Shown piece by piece: positions 47,154 through 51,558 of a DNA stretch of 51,558 nt (positions are counted from its first letter, which is position 1; each line of letters starts with the position of its first letter). The position numbers were made by a program, and so were the translations under genes. Source of the stretch: Flavobacterium sp. GTDB taxonomy: Bacteria > Bacteroidota > Bacteroidia > Flavobacteriales > Flavobacteriaceae. Below the pieces are notes generated by a model, which saw only the letters and a list, made by a program, of their open reading frames with translations, ran no database searches and was not told the origin of the DNA. The stretch is taken from positions 1-51,558 of the forward strand of contig JBIHZQ010000001.1 in NCBI GenBank assembly GCA_044231345.1. Direction: 5' to 3'.

Positions 47154-48446
47154 TTATGATTTTAACCATAAATTCCTGTACTTTTTATTTTTATCATAAT
47201 CATTAGCTTGTTTTTCAATATTGAAATAACGGTTTCCTCTTGGATCATTCCCTACCCCTGCCAAATAAGCCCAGTTTCCCCAATTGCTACAAACATCATA
47301 ATCAATTAGTTGCTGTTCAAAATAAGCTGCTCCATACCGCCAATCCAATTTTAAATCATTACAAAGATAGCTAGCAACATTTTGGCGACCTCGATTACTC
47401 ATAAAACCCGTAAGTTGAAGTTCTATCATATTAGCATCTACAAAATCAATTCCTGTTTTTCCATTTATCCATTCTTGAAGTTGGTGGCTATTGTGTTTAT
47501 TTACTGGAATTCCTTTATTTTGAATTCCAGCCAGTTGAAAGAATTTTTCATTATATTTTTTCATCATAAACCTAAAATAATCACGCCATAGTAATTCGAA
47601 TACCAACCAATAAGTCGATTCATTAGCACCATATTGTTGCTCATATTTTATTAATTCATGGTAGATAAACCTTGGCGAAATTGAACCTAATGCCAACCAT
47701 GCCGAAAATTTTGATGAATAATCAGCTCCTAGTAAACCGTTCCGAGTTTCCTTATAAACAGAGATGCATTTTGATTCGAATAAATAATAATTTAACCGAT
47801 TAATCGCAACCGATTCTCCTCCTTTGAAATTAATTGCAGCTCTCAAGTCAATCGAACAATATTCTAGTCCTAACTCCTCCAATGTGGGTAAGTCATTGAA
47901 TTTAATATCGGGGGTTTCAATTGAAATTGGCGACTCAAAAACTTTACGAATCTTGGCGTCCTTCTCCGTTTTTTTTCTGAAGGAACTAAACACATCTGGT
48001 ATATCCTTTATAGAAAACGGTAGGTCTTCTGCATGATATAACGTGCTCGTACTAAAAGTTTCAAATTCGCACTTTAATTTAAACAAGGCCATTTGAACAG
48101 CTTTTTCAGTATTTTTCTCTTCATAAGAAACTTCTCGTTTTGCAAAAACTTTAGTAACCTTATATTGTTGTACAATTTTTGGAATCTCGATTTCAGGTTT
48201 TCCCTTTAATAATAATAACCTAGAACCAATGGCTCTGAGGTTTTTATCTAAATCAAGTACCGAATCCAACAAAAACTGGGCGCGTATACTTCCTGTTTTT
48301 TTGAAACCAAATTCGTTCGTTACAAATTGGGATTCATCAAAACAATAAATAGGCAATAGTGAATCACTTTGGGCAATAGCTTTGACCAATGTTTCATTGT
48401 CATGCAATCGCAAATCTGTTTTAAACCAAACTATTGAAGTTTTCAT
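47154..48446 (-). CDS. DASH family cryptochrome
   Basis: WFKTDLRLHDN, YKETRNG, YSSKFSAWLALG, ELLWRDYF, TGFMSNRGRQNVAS, GVGNDPR. Confidence 0.93.
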   Translation of the reverse strand: MKTSIVWFKTDLRLHDNETLVKAIAQSDSLLPIYCFDESQFVTNEFGFKKTGSIRAQFLLDSVLDLDKNLRAIGSRLLLLKGKPEIEIPKIVQQYKVTKVFAKREVSYEEKNTEKAVQMALFKLKCEFETFSTSTLYHAEDLPFSIKDIPDVFSSFRKKTEKDAKIRKVFESPISIETPDIKFNDLPTLEELGLEYCSIDLRAAINFKGGESVAINRLNYYLFESKCISVYKETRNGLLGADYSSKFSAWLALGSISPRFIYHELIKYEQQYGANESTYWLVFELLWRDYFRFMMKKYNEKFFQLAGIQNKGIPVNKHNSHQLQEWINGKTGIDFVDANMIELQLTGFMSNRGRQNVASYLCNDLKLDWRYGAAYFEQQLIDYDVCSNWGNWAYLAGVGNDPRGNRYFNIEKQANDYDKNKKYRNLWLKS

Positions 48447-49978
48447 AACTCATTAATGTTTTTTAAATAATAATCGGCCTGTTCTAGTAGCGATGTTTTG
48501 TCTGAAGGCTTCATTTTTCGCCATACATTATACATCATTCCAATTCTTGGATTTGAACCTAATTTATCTTCATTCCTGTCATAAAAATTCCAATACAAAC
48601 TATTAAACGGACAGGCTTTATCTCCTGTTTTTACTGATTTTTTATAATAGCAACTTCCGCAATAATGGCTCATTTTATCAATATATGCAGCAGAACTCAC
48701 ATACGGTTTTGTACCAACAATTCCACCATCTGCAAATTGACTCATGCCTCTTGTATTAGTAATCTCAACCCATTCAAAGGCATCGATATAAATTCCAAGA
48801 TACCAAGCATCAATTTCGTCGGGATGAATTCCTGCCAAAAGCAAAAAATTTCCAGTAATCATTAATCGTTGAATATGATGTGCATAAGCATAGTCAAGAG
48901 ATTGCGTAATGGCATCTTTCAAGCAATTCATTTTGGTGTCCCCCGTCCAAAACCAAGACGGTAATTGTTCTTGATTATTGAAATAATTTAAGGTAGCATA
49001 CTCTGGCATTTTCAACCAATATATTCCTCTCATGTATTCACGCCACCCAATTATTTGTCGGACAAAACCCTCCAATTGATTGAATTCAATTTCGCCAGGT
49101 CGAGTGGTCCATGCCTCTATTGCCTTATCGATGACTTCTCGGGGAGAAATTAATTTAATGTTCAGCGAAAAAGATATTCTAGAATGATACAATGACCATT
49201 GATTTGGCATCATTGCGTCTTGATAACTTCCAAATAAAGGCAAACATTCGGCAACAAAAAAATCTAATAATTGTAATGATTGCGCTCGATTGATGGGCCA
49301 AATGAAATTCTCAACATCAATGGTACCGATAGTTTTAATATCGGTAGAAACAATTGAGGAATAAATTTCAGAAACGTCATTATTGAATACTAATGGAGAA
49401 GTTGGAAAGTGGTCTTTTGGAATTTTTTTTCGGTTATCACCATCGTAATTCCATTGGCCAGTTAGAGGGACATCTCCATCCATTAATATCATGTGTTTCC
49501 TTCTCATAGCGCGATAAAAACTCTCTAATAAAAAGGTTTTTTTTCCTTCAAAAAAAACACCTAATTCATTTCGAGTGGTAAAAAAATGCTCTGAATCCAC
49601 TACTGAAGTTGGAATTGACAACTGTTTTTCTACCATTTTTAGTACTTCATCTAAGCGGTATTCATCAGGATATTGGTATTCGAAATGCGTAAAATCATTT
49701 TGCTGCACCAATGCTTGTATGTTTTTTTCAAAGGATTGTAAATTAGTAGCTTCGTTTAAATAAATGTATACAACTTGATGTTTGGCCGCACGCAATTCAT
49801 CACAAAAAGAGTGCATCGCAGAAAATATTCCTACCACTTTCTGAATATGATGCTTGGCATAATCTGTTTCTGTGCGAACTTCCATCATTAGATAGGTCAC
49901 TGAATCATCCACTGTTTGAAACCAAGAATGATTGCTGTTGAGTTGATCACCGAGAAGTAACCGTAAGGTTTTGGACAT
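48443..49978 (-). CDS. FeS-cluster bacterial cryptochrome/photolyase (PhrB/CryB-like, (6-4) photolyase type)
   Basis: LLGDQL, WNYDGDNR, YAHHIQRLM, KPY; four Cys (MNCL, YCGSC, ACPFN). Confidence 0.92.
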   Translation of the reverse strand: MSKTLRLLLGDQLNSNHSWFQTVDDSVTYLMMEVRTETDYAKHHIQKVVGIFSAMHSFCDELRAAKHQVVYIYLNEATNLQSFEKNIQALVQQNDFTHFEYQYPDEYRLDEVLKMVEKQLSIPTSVVDSEHFFTTRNELGVFFEGKKTFLLESFYRAMRRKHMILMDGDVPLTGQWNYDGDNRKKIPKDHFPTSPLVFNNDVSEIYSSIVSTDIKTIGTIDVENFIWPINRAQSLQLLDFFVAECLPLFGSYQDAMMPNQWSLYHSRISFSLNIKLISPREVIDKAIEAWTTRPGEIEFNQLEGFVRQIIGWREYMRGIYWLKMPEYATLNYFNNQEQLPSWFWTGDTKMNCLKDAITQSLDYAYAHHIQRLMITGNFLLLAGIHPDEIDAWYLGIYIDAFEWVEITNTRGMSQFADGGIVGTKPYVSSAAYIDKMSHYCGSCYYKKSVKTGDKACPFNSLYWNFYDRNEDKLGSNPRIGMMYNVWRKMKPSDKTSLLEQADYYLKNINEL

Positions 49979-50030
49979 TTGATAGTAGTATTTTAAATAA
50001 TTAATTTTCCTTTTTATCTAACCCCGTATT

Positions 50031-50168
50031 CTATTTGTTAATTCTGCATTTGTCACTACAAAACTTTACTTCATCCCAAACTTTTTCCCACTTTTTTCTC
50101 CAAGAAAATGGACGTTGACAAACTATACAAGTTTTAGTAGGTAAATGTTGTTTTTTTACACCTTTCAT
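50031..50168 (-). CDS. DUF2256 family small Cys-rich protein
   Basis: [19 protein letters not shown]...VKFCSDKCR; real start ATG 50168. Confidence 0.88.
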   Translation of the reverse strand: MKGVKKQHLPTKTCIVCQRPFSWRKKWEKVWDEVKFCSDKCRINK

Positions 50169-50169
50169 C

Positions 50170-50889
50170 TTAATTCTTAATTTTTGTTCGTTTCCAGTAT
50201 ATTTCAACATCAGACCCTTTTGCAATAAAAACAGCCGTTGGTGAGGTTTCATTTAAAATTGAAAATCTGTCGCCATACATCGCTTTAAAATCACAATTTA
50301 TATTATAATCGACAACATTATAGGTTTCCCAACTTGGATGATTTAATTGGTATTCCTCAGTTTCAAATTGATTCAATTTGGTGTATCCGTAATAATGTTC
50401 AAAAATAAAATTTTCTAAACTTCCTTTTTTTGTAGCGGTCGAATTTGACTCAGATTCTACGTATATGCTATTCCATTTTTTATTTAATAACCATTCAAAA
50501 TTTACTGATTTTGTGTCTAATTTTGTGTTTAATTTATGTTTCGTTTTAACAACAGTATAGTGTTCATTGTATAATTTATTTGCCATCCAAGCAACGACTT
50601 TATACGGAATTGTTTCGTTGATAAAAACCACTCCACGCTTCATTTTATTCCCCTCTTTTCTTACCACATAAAATCTAAGATTAATCTCTTCAAAGGAACC
50701 AAACCATGGAATCGGAATCCTAAATAATTTTGTTTTTTTAAAAATAAATCCAACCAAACTTATGTATGCCTTTCCATTATATAAGTCTAAAAAAACTCCA
50801 CTCGGTAGAAACGGTTGCAGTATTTTAGGATCAATTTCATAATTAACCATAATAATATTTTCCCATTTTGCTTTTAAAAATACGATCAT
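50170..50889 (-). CDS. DUF2071 / YqjF family protein
   Basis: [32 protein letters not shown]. Confidence 0.85.
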   Translation of the reverse strand: MIVFLKAKWENIIMVNYEIDPKILQPFLPSGVFLDLYNGKAYISLVGFIFKKTKLFRIPIPWFGSFEEINLRFYVVRKEGNKMKRGVVFINETIPYKVVAWMANKLYNEHYTVVKTKHKLNTKLDTKSVNFEWLLNKKWNSIYVESESNSTATKKGSLENFIFEHYYGYTKLNQFETEEYQLNHPSWETYNVVDYNINCDFKAMYGDRFSILNETSPTAVFIAKGSDVEIYWKRTKIKN

Positions 50890-51557
50890 TGTTTTTTGTC
50901 GATTACTGATTTTAATTTAGAATTTACATGTTTTTTTACTATTCGGACTCCTTCAGTTTTTACCTCTTTTTTGTTCTTAAAACCCCAAACAATATCACTA
51001 GCTTTTTTTCGAGTTTCATCAACATTTACAATAGGTAATGGGTAATCGACGCCCATTTGACATGAATAAAATTGTTGCTCGAGATCATTCATTTTCCATG
51101 GTTCATGCACTAATTCTATCGGAACATTTACCAGTTCTGGAATCCATTTTTTAATAAAATGTGCCTCACTATCGTGCTCTTCAGAATTTTTAATAGGGTT
51201 GTAAATTCTAATCGTATTTATACCTGTTGTTCCCGATTGCATTTGTAATTGTGGATAATGTATTCCTGGTTCGTAATCCAAGAATTGCCGGGCTAAAAAA
51301 TGTAATTCTCGCCAGTCTTGCCATAAATTAAACGTAAAAAAAGAAACCACCATTGCCCGCATTCTAAAATTAAGATAACCCGTAGCAACTACACATCGCA
51401 TGCATGCATCAACAATTGGGATGCCCGTCTTTCCCACCTGCCAAGCTTTTATTAATTTTTCATTTCTAGGTTTTTGTAACTCATCAAATGCTCGATTTAT
51501 ATTTTCAAATTCCATTCGACATTCGTCTTCAAATTTTTGAATGAAATGGCAATGCCA
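50886..51557 (-). CDS. Photolyase/cryptochrome family protein, FAD-binding C-terminal part (5' end outside the window)
   Basis: Frame stays open to the edge (WHCHFIQKFEDECR before the listed Met); TGIPIVDACMR, LNFRMRAM, FLDYEPGIH, RIYNP. Confidence 0.9.
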   Translation of the reverse strand, partial: WHCHFIQKFEDECRMEFENINRAFDELQKPRNEKLIKAWQVGKTGIPIVDACMRCVVATGYLNFRMRAMVVSFFTFNLWQDWRELHFLARQFLDYEPGIHYPQLQMQSGTTGINTIRIYNPIKNSEEHDSEAHFIKKWIPELVNVPIELVHEPWKMNDLEQQFYSCQMGVDYPLPIVNVDETRKKASDIVWGFKNKKEVKTEGVRIVKKHVNSKLKSVIDKKQ

Positions 51558-51558
51558 A

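Noticed and set aside
727-49763. Many 60-136 aa ORFs from the six-frame track (e.g. 3021-3314, 16493-16903, 27282-27554, 30481-30765, 32389-32718, 35117-35419)
   Set aside because: All lie inside or antisense to well-supported genes and show no recognisable motifs; treated as shadow ORFs
1-51558. CRISPR arrays, IS elements, prophage genes
   Set aside because: No spaced direct repeats, transposases or phage proteins seen

Overview
AT-rich Bacteroidota DNA, very probably Flavobacterium (inferred from the protein families, T9SS C-terminal domains, porX and TAnnTTTG promoter boxes). From left to right: (1) a five-gene Pel-like exopolysaccharide operon on the minus strand (pelF, a divergent pelG, a stand-alone GH114/GH166-type hydrolase, an unknown polytopic membrane protein, and a 1288-aa putative lipoprotein that appears to fuse a DUF2194 deacetylase, a TPR-like region and a beta-barrel), with no pelC, pelD or pelE visible; (2) an SF2 helicase, MscS and small membrane genes; (3) a thioredoxin-apbE-DUF4266-DUF3570 flavinylation cluster followed by an OmpR/histidine kinase pair, a ferritin-like-VIT1 fusion and a His-rich membrane protein, divergent from an LTA-synthase-family gene; (4) core genes (fabG, sucD, two lpxD, efp, lpxA, lpxC-fabZ, HD hydrolase, M13 peptidase, porX, tsaE, an ald-like gene, tRNA-Val); (5) a six-gene envelope operon (ankyrin, heme-type DOMON with T9SS tail, OB-fold, DUF5777-like barrel, cytochrome c lipoprotein, YceI) that looks like an uncharacterised extracytoplasmic heme/redox system; (6) a T9SS repeat protein, proline dehydrogenase and a photolyase/cryptochrome cluster cut by the right edge. 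I saw no CRISPR array, IS or prophage. All family assignments come from motif recognition by eye; no searches were run.
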